This document shows positions 53,761 to 64,000 of a stretch of 64,000 nt of DNA, one piece after another. Positions within the stretch are counted from its first letter, which is position 1, and each line of letters starts with the position of its first letter. Position numbers and translations under genes: made by a program. A model generated the notes under the pieces. That model saw only the letters and a list, made by a program, of their open reading frames with translations. It had not been told where the DNA came from and made no database searches. This DNA comes from the human T2T-CHM13v2.0 reference genome, Homo sapiens. Location of the stretch: contig CP068257.2 of the NCBI GenBank assembly GCA_009914755.4, forward strand, positions 15,520,001 through 15,584,000, in the 5' to 3' direction.

Positions 53761-56700
53761 AGCATAAATCTCAGAGGACCTATATAAAAACAATACAATG
53801 AAAAATGGACTTAAACTACACCCTTCAACAAGTGGATTTAACAGATATTTACAGAACATTCTACTCAACAGCTGCAGAATATACATTCTACTCATCAGCA
53901 CATGAAACACTTTCCAAGATAGACCATGTGATAGGCCACAAAACAAGTCTCAGTAAATTTAAGAAAATTGAAATTATATCAAGTATTCTCTCAGACCACA
54001 GTGGAATATAATTGGAAACCAACTCCAAAGGGAACCTTCAAAACCATACAAATACATGGAAATTAAATAACCTGCTCCTGAGTGATACTTGGGTCAACAA
54101 TGAAATCAAGACATAAATTTAAAAATTCTTTGAACTGAATAATAATAGTGACACAACCTATCAAAACCTCTGGGATACAGCAAAAATGGTGCTAAGAGAA
54201 AAGTTCATAGCATTAAATGCCTACATCGAAACATCTAAAAGAGCACACATAGACTATCAAAGGTCAAACCTCATGGAACTAGAGAAACAAGAACAATCCA
54301 AACCTAAACCCAGCAGAAGAAAAGAAATAACAAAGACCAGTGCAGAGCTAAATGAAATTGAAACCAAAAAAATACAAAAGATATATGAAACAAAAAGCTG
54401 GTTCTTTGAAAAGAAAAGCACTATTGATAGACCATTAGCAAGATTAACCAAGAAAAGAAGAGAGAAGATCCAAATAAGCTCAATTAGAAACAAAAAAGGA
54501 GATATTACAAATGGTAACAAAGTAATACAAAAGATTATTCAAGGCTACTATGAACACCTTTATGTGCACAAACTAGAAAACCTAGAGGAGATGGATAAAT
54601 TCCTGGAAACATACAACCCTCCTAAATTAAACCAGAAAGATACAGAATCTCTGAACAGACCAGTAAAAAGCAGTGAGATTGAAATGGTAACCAAAAAAAT
54701 GCCAACAACAAAAAAAATAGTACCAGATGGATTCACAGCTGAATTCTATCAACATTCAAAGAAGAATTGGTACCAATCCTATGGAAACCATTTCAAAAGA
54801 TAAAGAAAGAGGGAATCCTCCCTAAATCATTCTATGAAGCCAGTATCACCTTAATACCAAAACCAGAAAAGAACATAACAAAAAAAGAAGACTACAGACC
54901 AATATCCCTGATGAATATAGAGGTAAAAATCCTCAACAAAATACTAGTGAAACAAATCCAACAGCATATCAAAAAGATAATTCACCATGATCAAGTGGGT
55001 TTCAACAGGGATGCAAGGATAGTTTAACATCTGCAAGGCAATAAATGTGATACACTACATAAACAGAATTAAAAACAAAAATTACATAATCATCTCAATA
55101 GATGCAGGAAAGCATTTGACAAAATCCAACACCACTTTTGATTAAAGCCCTCAGCAAAATTGGCATACATGGGACACACCTTAAGGTAATAAAAGCTAGT
55201 AATATCTATGACAAACTCACAGCCAATGTTATATTGAATGGGGAAAAGTTGAAAGCATTTTCTGTGAGAACTGGAACAAGACAAGGGTGCCCACTTTCAC
55301 CACTTCTATTAACATACTATTGGAAGTCCTAGCCAGAACAATCAGACAAAGAGAAAGAAATAAAGGGCATCCAAATCAGTAAAGATGAAGTCAAACTGTT
55401 GCTGTTTGCAGATGATATGATCATATACCTAGAAAACCCTAAAGACTCATGCAAAAAGCTCCTAGTACTGAATAATGAATTCAGCAAAGTTTCAGGATAC
55501 AAAATCAAGGTACACAAATCAGTAGGTCTGCTACACCAACAGCGACAAGATGAGAATCAAATCAAGAACTCAACCCCTTTCACAACAGCTGCAAAAAATA
55601 TATATATATTTAGGAATATACCTAACCAAGGAGGTGAAAGACCACTACAAGGAAAACTACAAAATACTGCTGAAAGAAATCATAGATGACATAAACAAAT
55701 GGAAACATATCCCATGCTCATGGATGGGTAGAATCAATATTGTGAAAATGACCATACTGCCAAAATCAATCTAGAAATTCAGCGCAATTCCCATCAAAAT
55801 ACCACCATCATTCTTCACAGAACTAGGAAAAACAATTCTAGAAGTCATATGGAACCAAAAAAGAGCCCATATATCCAAAGCAAGACTAAGCAAAAAGAAC
55901 AAATCTGTAGGCATCACATTACCTGACTTCAGGCAATACTATAAGACCATAGTCACCAAAATAGCATGGTACTGGTATAAAAATAGGCACACAGACCAAC
56001 GGAAAAGAATAGAAAACCCAGAAATAAACCCAAATACTTAGCGCCAACTGATCTTCAACAAAGCAAACAAAAACTTAAAGTGGGGAAAGGACAACCTATT
56101 CAACAAATGGTGTTGGGATAATCGGCAAGCCACATGTAGAAGATTGAAACTGGATCCTCATCTCTCACCTTATACAAAAATCAATTCAAAATGGATCAAA
56201 CACTTAAATCTAAGACCTGAAACCATAAAGATTCTAGAAGATAACATTGGAAGAACCCCTCTATACATTGTCTTAGGCAAAGACTTCATGACTTAGAATC
56301 CAAAAGCAGATGCAACAAAAATAAAGATAAATAAATAGGACTTAAACTAAAAAGCTTCTGCACAGCAAAAGAAATAATCAGCAGAGTTAACAGAAAACCC
56401 ACAGAGTGAGAGAAAACCTTCGCAATCTATACATCCAACAAAGGACTAATATCCGGAATCTACAAAGAACTGAAACAAATCAGCAAGATAAAAAGAAGCA
56501 ATCCCATCAAAAAGTGGGCTAAGGACATGAATAGACAATTGTCAAAACAAGATATACAAATGGCCAACAAACACATGGAAAAATGCTCAACATCACTAAT
56601 GATCAGGGAGATGCAAATCAAAACTGCAGTGTAATACCACCTCACTCCTACAAGAATGGCCATAATCAAAATAGATGCTGGCACAGATATAGCTAAAACG

Positions 56701-56958
56701 GAACACTTTTACATTGTTGGTGGGAATGTAAACTAGTACAACCACTATGGGAAACAGTGTGGAAATTCTTTAAAGAACTAAAAGTAGATCTACTGTTTGA
56801 TCCAGCAATTCCACTACTAGGTATCTAGCCAGAGGAAAAGAAGTCATTATACAAAAAAAGATACTTGCACACACATATTTATAGCAGCACATTTTGAAAT
56901 GGCAAAAAATATGAAAATAGCCCAAAAGCCCATCAATCAATGAGTAGATAAAAAAAAT

Positions 56959-57030
56959 TGTGTGTGTGTGTGTATATATATACATATATATATAAAGAAA
57001 TTGTGTGTGTATGTATATATATATATATAC
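56959..57030. repeat. (TG)n-(TA)n compound microsatellite inside the L1 ORF2 C-terminal region.
   Basis: 'ttgtgtgtgtgtgtgtatatatatacatatatatataaagaaattgtgtgtgtatgtatatatatatatatac'. Confidence 0.7.
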
Positions 57031-58409
57031 ACCATGGACTACTACTAAGCCACAAAAAGGAACAAAATAATGGTATTAGCAGCAACTTGGATGGAATTGG
57101 AGACTTATTCTAAGTGAACAAACTCAGGAATGGAAAACCTAACATTGTATTTTCTCACTCATATGTGGAAGCTAAGCTATGAGTGCACAAAGACATGAGA
57201 ATAATAGACTGGACTTTGGAGACTCAGGGGTAAGGGTGGGAATGGCAAAAGATAAAAGACTGCATATTGGGTACAGTGTACACTGCTCGGGTGATGGGTG
57301 CACCCAAATCTCAGAAATCACCACTAAAGAACTTATCCATGTAACCAAACACTACCTATTCCCCAAAACCCTGTTGGAATAAAAAATAAATAAATAAAAA
57401 GGGAAAAATTAATATGACTTATAGCACACAACTGAAGTAAAAATATGAGTTTTATCCTTAAGCACAGAACAGTAATAGGAAATTTAGGCCTGTATTGAAT
57501 CCATACTGGTGACTTATTTGTTCCGTATTATTAAACAAGCTGTTAAACTCTCTGAAAATCCATTATTATTTTCCTCTGTACAATAAAAAAAAATTACCTC
57601 TACCTTGAAGAGTTGTGAAAATTTGGAAGAATGTATACAAATGACTAGAGGCACTACCAGGCACATAGAATGCACTCTTTATATTTACTTCCTTCCCTCC
57701 CTACTTCCCATTCTGTTACTAGTACACTATGAAGTTTTTAACCAATCACTTTTGGGGTCTCAGTTTTACCTCTATAAACAAGCAAGGCCAAGCTATTTTG
57801 ACAATTTATAGTCCCAATGTTATGACACATTGTTAGGTCATGAGTAAGTGGGCAATGTGTCACAAGTAGTCCAACCTAATATTAATAATAATTAAATTAC
57901 CAAAATTTACAAATAAGTTTCTTTTAAAATGTACAATTATAACATCAAAATAAGTCATTAGTACTTCCACTTGCTTTTGAGATGGAGCATATGAAGTAGT
58001 TTCGGATGATAAAGATGGAATTGCTCTAATGCATAGGCTACTTTGTCTCACATAATAGCATTGATGTACCCTTAATAGTTGGATGATTATAAGTTACAGC
58101 TCTCATATATTATACTTTTCTTAACTGAATATTTCTTACTTATTTTATTTATGTATATGTTTCTAAAAGGAAAAAGATAACACCAATTTTTTTTAAGTCT
58201 GTAGTTCTATACACTTTACTTCCCTGCAAAACCCTTTGTCATTTCTCAAATCAGAGTGTGCTGATGAGAGTGTCTGAAGCAAACCATGATCATCCTTAGC
58301 GCTTGTCTCAGTGAAGACAATGTTGGAAACCACTGAATTTCATCACTAAGGATTTTTTCTTTTAGTGTTGGTATCGTTTGATGTCTTTCTATTTATTTTT
58401 ATTTTTTAT

Positions 58410-58690
58410 TTTAGATATAGGGAGTGCACAGTCTTGTTTGTTACATGTATTACATGTGTAATGGTGGGGATTGGGTTTCTAGTCTACCTATAATCCAAAT
58501 ATTGAACATCATTATACCTAATAGGTAATTTTCAACCCTCACTCCTCCCTACCTTCCCCGCTTTCAGAGTTTTCAGTGTCTATTATCTCCACCTTTACAT
58601 TTATGTGTACTCACTGTTTAGCTCCCACTTGTAAGTGAGAACATGTGATATTTGATCTTGTGCTTCTAAGTTAGTCTCAGGATCTTTTTA
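58410..58690 (-). mobile_element. Short L1 (L1PB/L1MA-type) 3'UTR-proximal fragment, minus orientation.
   Basis: 'ggagtgcacagtcttgtttgttacatgtattacatgtgtaatggtggggattgggtttctagtctacctataatccaaatattgaacatcattatacctaataggtaattttcaaccctcactcctccctacc...ctcccacttgtaagtgagaacatgtgatatttgatcttgtgcttc' matches the reverse complement of the old-L1 3' region. Confidence 0.55.
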
Positions 58691-59169
58691 TCTGCAAACC
58701 ATCTATGTTATCCCCCAACAAGTCTAGACATGCAAACATGTTTGCAAGTAAATGCTCTTTGATAAAAGAAACCCTTTAAGAAATTCTTGGGAAAACTTTG
58801 TAATAACTGTAAACATTTCAAAGTATTATGCCATAATTTTGGTGTATTATAGGAGCAATAGAAAAAAAAGGATTCTTTAGTTAAAATGGCAAAACCCACT
58901 TTAGAAAGAACATGTCTAAAACATGATGTAACTCAGAAAAAGAATTATTGGATCTTAAACAAAGAAAAGGATTATCAAAGCATTTGACTAGATTGTACAG
59001 TACCTCTGATTATCTGCCGATTCACAACCCTTTAATATCTTATATTTATTCCAATATGGAAAATATAGTGCACCTGGTAAAATTAGGCAATATTTAAATT
59101 CCATGCTCAACCTATTTAAAATATCAACTCAAAAATATTATAGCACATATCTTGGAAGGCAAAATATGA

Positions 59170-59288
59170 CTATTTTATCTTTTGGGAATATACACTGTAT
59201 CAGCTGCCTAGGTTTGCAAAACAAATTATGACAATGAACAATGAATCAAAACAATGAATATCACAATGAATCAAAGAAATGAAAATGG
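59170..59288 (+). repeat. Copy A of a local roughly 120 bp duplication: unique sequence immediately 5' of the L1M at 59289.
   Basis: 'ctattttatcttttgggaatatacactgtatcagctgcctaggtttgcaaaacaaattatgacaatgaacaatgaatcaaaacaatgaatatcacaatgaatcaaagaaatgaaaat'. Confidence 0.7.
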
Positions 59289-59685
59289 AAATATGATATA
59301 CAAACACCTATGAGGTACAGCAAAAGCAGTATGATTTGGAAAGTATATTGCATACACATCTACACCTAAAAAGTAGAAAAACTTGAAATAAACAACCAAA
59401 TGATGCATCTTAAAGAACTAGGAAAGGAAAAGCAAACCAAACCTAAAATGAGTAGAAGAAAAAAAAATAAAGATCAGAGCAGAAATAATATTGAAATGGA
59501 GAAAACAATATAAAATGTTAACAAAACAAAAAGTTGATTTTTTTAAGAGATAAACAAAATTGATATACCTTTAGCCAGACTTATTAAGGAAAAAAAGACC
59601 AAAATAAATAAAATCAGAGATTAAAAGGGACACATTACAATGGATACCATGGAAATTCAAAGGATCACTAGAGGCTATAATGAGC

Positions 59686-59721
<36 letters not shown>

Positions 59722-59724
<3 letters not shown>

Positions 59725-59837
59725 TATTTTGTCTTTTGGGAATATACACTGTATCAGTTCCCTAGGGTTGCAAAACAAATTATCACAATGAACAGTGAAT
59801 CAAAAAGATGAATATCACAATGAATCAAACAAGTGAA
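59722..59837 (+). repeat. Copy B of the same roughly 120 bp segment, embedded in a (TA)n tract at 59689-59721 and 59838-59854, inside the L1M ORF2.
   Basis: 'gagtattttgtcttttgggaatatacactgtatcagttccctagggttgcaaaacaaattatcacaatgaacagtgaatcaaaaagatgaatatcacaatgaatcaaacaagtgaaaat' is about 90% identical to copy A. The L1M reading (...KGSLEAIMSNYI | NTLKSLEKADKFL...) is contiguous across it. Confidence 0.7.
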
Positions 59838-61980
59838 AATATATATATATATATCAATACATTGAAAAGCCTAGAAAAAGCAGATAAATTTCTAGCCACA
59901 TTTAACCTACCAAGACTGAACCATTAAGAAATCTAAAACCTGAAAAGAACAATAACAAGTAATGAGATCAAAGCCACAATAAGACTTCCAGTAAAGAAAA
60001 GCCCAGGAATTGATGACTTCACTGCTGAATTTTACCAAACATTTAAGGAAAAGCAAATGCCGATCCTACACAAACTGTTCCAAAAAATAGAGGAGCATGG
60101 ATACCTCCAAACTCATTCTGCAATGCCAGCATTACCCTGATACCAAAACCAAAGACTCATCAAGAAAAGAAAACTATACATCAATATCACTGATGAACAT
60201 AGGCGCAAAAATCCTCAACAGCATACTAGCAAACCAAGTTCTGCAACATGTTTAAAAGATTATTTATTATGACCAAGGGGGATTTATTCCAAGGATGCAA
60301 GGATGATTCAACACACCCAAGTCAATTAGTATAATACATAATATCAACGGACTAAAGGACAAAAACCATGTAATCCTTTCAATTGATGCATAAAAACATT
60401 TGACAAAACTCAACATCTCTTCGTGATTAAAACAATTAAAAAACTGGATACAGAAGAAACATAACTCAAAAAAAATAAAAGCCATATACAACAGACCCAC
60501 AGCTAGTATCATACTGAATGAGGAAAAACTGATGGCTTTTCATCTAAGATCTGGAACAAGACAAGAATGCCTACGTTCACCACTATTATTCAACATAATA
60601 TTGGAAGTCCTAGCTAGAGCAATCAGACAAGAGAAAAAAATAAAGGGCACCCAACTGGGAAAGAAGAAGTCAGATTATCTTTGTTTGCAGATGTTATGAC
60701 CTTATATTTGGAAAAACCTAAGGACTCCAGAAAAAATATATTAGAATCAATAAATTCAGTAATATTTCAGGTTACAAAATTAACATACAAAAAATCAGTA
60801 GCATTTCCATATGCTAGCAGTGAACAATCTGAAAAGGATATCAAGAAAGTAATCCAATTATAATAGCTATAAGTAAAATTAAATACCTACTAATAAACTT
60901 AAGCGAAAAAAGTAAAAGTTCTCTACAATGAAAACTATAAAACATTGATTAAAGAAATTGAAGAGGACACAAAATAATAGAAAGATATTGCACGTTCATG
61001 AATTAGAAGACTCAATATTGTTAAAATGTTCATACTATCCAAAGCAATCTACAGATTCAATGCAATCCCTCAAAATACCAGTAACATCCTTCACAGCAAT
61101 AGAGAAGAAAAAAATTCCAAAATTTATATGGAACCACGAAAATCAAGAACAGCCAAAGCTATCCTAAGCAAAAAGAACAAAACTGGAGGAATCACATCAC
61201 CTGACTTCAAATTACACCACAGAGCTATAGTAACCAAAACAGTATGGTACTGGCATTAAAGCAGACACATAGACCAATGGAAAAGAATAGAGAACCCAGA
61301 AATGAATTTATATATCTACAGTGGACTCATTTTCAACAAAGGTGTCAAGAACATACTTTGGGGAATGACAGTCTCTTCAATCAATGCTGCTGGGAAAACT
61401 GGATATCCATATACAGCACAATGAATCTCGACCCCTATCTCTCATCATACACAAAAATCAAATAAAAATGGGTTAAAAATTTAAATCTAAAGAAACTAGT
61501 AAAAGACTTCAATCTTATACTTGCAAACTGCTATAAGAAGCATGAGGAAAACTCTTCAGGACATTGGTCTGAGCAAAGTTTTCTTGAGTAATACCATACA
61601 AGCACAGGAAACCAAAGCAAAAATGAACGAATGGGATTACATCAAGTTGGAAAAGCTTCTGAACAGCTACAGAAACAATCAACAAAGTGAGAAGACACTC
61701 CACAGAATGGGAGAAAATATTTGTAAACTACCCATCTGACAAGGGATTCATAACCAGAATATATAAGGAGCTCAAACGACTCAATAGTAAAAAACCTAAT
61801 ACGCTGATTTTTAAATTGGCAAAAGATCTGAATAGACATGTTTCAAAAGATAACACACAAATGGCAAACAGGTATATGAAAAGGTGTTCAGCATCATTGA
61901 TCATCAGATAAAAGGAAATCAAAGCTATAATGAGATATCTTCTCACTCCAGTTAAAATGGCTCTCATCCAGAACCACCAC

Positions 61981-62505
61981 TCAATCCAGCAATCTCATTG
62001 CTGGATATATAGAGGAAAATAAATCTTTCTACCATAAAGACATATGCACACAAATGTCCATTGCAGCACTATTCACAATAGCAAAGACATGGAATCAACA
62101 TGAATGCCCATCAATGACAGATTGGATAAGGAAAATGTGGTACATATACACCATGGAATACTATGCAGCCATAAAAAAATGAGATGATGTCATTTGTGTG
62201 AACATGGAAAAAGCTGGACGTTATTATTATTAGAAAACTAACACAGGAACAGAAAACTGAATGCCACATGTTCTCACTTATAAGTGGAAGCTAAATGATA
62301 AGAACTTATGAATACAAAGGAAAAACAACAGACACTGGGGCCTACTTGAGGGGGAGAGGGAAAGGAAAGAGAGGAGCAAAAAAGATAACTATTAGGTACT
62401 TGGCTTAATACTTGGGTAATGAAATAATATGTACAGCAAACCTCTGTGACATGTGTTTACCTATATAAAAAACCTTCACGTGTACCCCCAAACCTAAAAA
62501 AAAAG
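61981..62505 (+). mobile_element. 5'-truncated L1PA (middle-aged) 3' fragment of about 0.5 kb with a poly-A tail, inserted into the L1M.
   Basis: 'tcaatccagcaatctcattgctggatatatagaggaaaataaatc...gcactattcacaatagcaaagacatggaatcaacatgaatgcccatcaatgacagattggataaggaaaatgtggtacatatacaccatggaatactatgcagccataaaaaa...ccacatgttctcacttataagtggaagctaaatgataagaacttatgaatacaaaggaaaaacaacagacactggggcctacttgagggggagaggg...tgtacccccaaacctaaaaaaaaagg'. Confidence 0.75.
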
Positions 62506-63394
62506 GTAAATAAATATACAAATAAATAAATTTACTTTTATCAAAATACAGGCAACGACAAATGCTGGCAAGGATGTGAAGGAAAGGGAACCCTCATACA
62601 CTGTTGATGGGAATGTAAATTAATAATACAACCACTATAAAGGATGGTTTAAAGTTTCCTCAAAAAACTAAAAATACAACTACTATCTGATCCAACAATC
62701 CCATTTCTAGGTATCTACCCAAAAGAAAGAAAATTAGTATATTGAAAAGATATCTCCACTCCCATGTTTATTGTAGCACTATTCACAATAGCCAAGGTTT
62801 GAAGCAACCTAAGTGTCCATCAACAGATGAATAGATAAAGAAAATGTGATACATATACATGATGAAGTACTATTCAGCCATAAAAAATAATGAACTCCTG
62901 TCATTTTCACTAACATGGATGGAACTAGAGGTCATTATGTTAAGTGAAATAAGCCAGGCACATAAAGACAAACTTTGCATGTTCTCACTTATTAATGTGA
63001 GTTAAAAATTAAGACGATGGAACTCATGAAGATAGAGAGTAGAAATATGGTTACCAGAGGTTAGGAAGGGCAGGAGGGGAGTGGGGCAAAAGTGGGGATG
63101 GTTAATAGGTATGAAAATATAGTTAGATACACTGAATAATATCTAGTATTTGATAGCACAACAGGGTGACTACAGTCATCAATAACTTATTGTACATTTC
63201 AAAATAACTAAAAGAGTATAATTGGATTGTTTGTTACATAAGGAAAGGATAAATGCTTCCAGTGATTTATACCCCATTTACCCTCATGTGATTATTATGT
63301 ACAACATGCCTGTATCAAAATATCTCATGTACCCCATAAATATATGTACCTACTATGTACCCACAAAAAATATTTTAAAATAATAGAAAATTTT

Positions 63395-64000
63395 AAAATT
63401 AGTTGCTTAAAGCACCAGAAATTAATCATCTCACAGTTCTATAAATCAGAAATGATAGTTTTGGCAAAGTTAGTTACTTCTGGAGGCTCTGAAGGAAAAT
63501 CTGTTTCATGTCTCTCTCCTAGCTTCTGGTGACTATCAAAGTAATTGGCCATTTCTTGACCTGTAGACACATTATTTCAATTGCTGCCTGTATCTTTACA
63601 TGGCCTTTCCCTCTGTGGGTTCTCTTTTGTATCTGTGTGTCTCAAACCTGCCTTCCTTTTCCCTCTTATAAGGGCACCAGTAACTGAATTTAAGGCCTAA
63701 TCCAGAATGATCTCATCCTAAGGTCCTTAGTTATGTCTGCAAAAACCCTATTTCCAAATAAGTTCACATTCACAAATACTAGAGATTAGGTATCATGCAT
63801 ATCTTTTTGAGGAACACCATTCAACCACTGTAGCCTGCCCTCAGCCCCCTAAAATTTACATCTGTCCTAAATGGAAAATGGGGAATCACACCATTCCAGC
63901 ATCACTCAAAGTTTTCCAATTACAGCATCAACTCTAAATCCAAAATCTTATCTAAAAGTCATCTGCTCAAAAAGTCCCAAATCTAATATTTTAATTATCT
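63395..64000 (+). mobile_element. MaLR (MLT1/MST-type) LTR followed by the start of a MaLR internal region. The element runs off the right edge of the window.
   Basis: '...attaatcatctcacagttctataaatcagaaa...ggaggctctgaaggaaaatctgtttcatgtctctctcctagcttctggtgac...ctcttataagggcaccagtaactgaatttaaggcctaatccagaatgatctcatcctaaggtccttagttatgtctgcaaaaaccctatttccaaataagttcacattcacaaatactagagattaggtatcatgcatatctttttgaggaacaccattcaaccactgtagcc...ccaattacagcatcaactctaaatccaaaatcttatctaaaagtcatctgctcaaaaagtcccaaatct' parallels the MLT1 LTR end ('tctcttataagggcactaatcccattcatgagggctccaccctcatgacctaatcacctcccaaag') and the THE1/MST-int start ('...ttacagcatcaactctaaagtccaaagtccaaagtctcatctaa'). Confidence 0.5.

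Larger units (their letters stand above)
51688..57400 (+). mobile_element. Near full-length older-primate L1 (L1PB-like or old L1PA), about 5.7 kb. It has a 5'UTR, an ORF1 and an ORF2 with a roughly 480 bp deletion of the endonuclease N-terminal region, a 3'UTR and an A-rich tail.
   Basis: 5'UTR 'gatggcagataggaggcaggactagcttgcagcttccgcttggacagacagagcagcatgtggagattcacatcatgaacttctcc...'. The ORF1 start is at 52753 (MTRNQKNNFSNMTKQDLLTPAKDHISSPAMNPNQDEISELPEKEFRRSIIKLIKEAPEKGEIQLKEIKNMMQD...). ORF2 jumps from its first few codons to ...[66 protein letters not shown], so a segment of endonuclease-domain codons is absent compared with 13998-14497 in the first copy. RT segments ...[11 protein letters not shown]..., [66 protein letters not shown], and ...[17 protein letters not shown].... 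The 3'UTR ends 'ccccaaaaccctgttggaataaaaaataaataaataaaaagggaaaaatt'. Confidence 0.85.
59289..63395 (+). mobile_element. Old L1M (L1MA-like) element, 5'-truncated in ORF2, with its 3'UTR and end. It carries an L1PA 3'-fragment insertion at 61981-62505 and the copy-B/(TA)n insertion.
   Basis: The ORF2 translation is continuous (with stops): ...GTAKAV.FGKYIAYTSTPKK..., MHLKELGKEKQTKPKMSRRKKIKIRAEI..., ...[36 protein letters not shown]..., ...[23 protein letters not shown]..., ...[23 protein letters not shown]..., ...[39 protein letters not shown] | (insert) | ...TGNDKCWQGCEGKGTLIHC.... The L1MA-type 3' end '...ggttaccagaggttaggaagggcaggaggggagtggggcaaaagtggggatggttaataggtatgaaaatatagttagatacactgaataatatctagtatttgatagcacaacagggtgactacagtcatcaataacttattgtacatttcaaaataactaaaagagtataattgg...' runs to about 63395. 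Confidence 0.7.

Noticed and set aside
54186-54803. 205-codon ORF on the plus strand.
   Set aside because: It is the L1 ORF2 Z-domain/RT N-terminus of the L1PB-like element at 51688-57400 (…[20 protein letters not shown]…[39 protein letters not shown]…).

Overview
This window is primate, almost certainly human, nuclear DNA: AT-rich and dominated by interspersed repeats. It is not prokaryotic, so there are no CRISPR arrays, operons or bacterial regulatory sites to report. I cannot support any intact host protein-coding gene. Every sizeable ORF in the six-frame track is one of the following: a decayed LINE-1 ORF1 or ORF2; decayed ERV gag-pro-pol; a decayed NEK4-like kinase retrocopy; or a translation of a microsatellite or low-complexity tract. 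Elements I recognised by eye, running left to right: a young L1PA2-4 element that begins at the window edge; three Alus; a single L1 insertion built from a minus-strand 3' segment plus an inverted ORF1-tail segment; a roughly 16 kb nested stack in which an old L1M contains an Alu, a near full-length L1PB-like element (itself containing a 5.3 kb gammaretrovirus-like ERV internal fragment) and an inverted L1 3' fragment with a clean 18 bp target-site duplication (TSD); an L1PA twin-priming 5' inversion with a 15 bp TSD; a second fragmented L1M carrying a MaLR LTR, an L1PA 3' fragment, a THE1/MST LTR and an Alu; a minus-strand NEK4-like processed pseudogene fragment; a second near full-length L1PB-like element; a third L1M with an L1PA 3' insertion and an odd duplication into a (TA)n tract; and MaLR LTRs, a TIR-bearing MITE-like element and several microsatellites. 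All coordinates are from manual reading and are good to about +/-10 to 20 nt. Family and subfamily names come from memory of repeat consensi and need RepeatMasker/Dfam confirmation.
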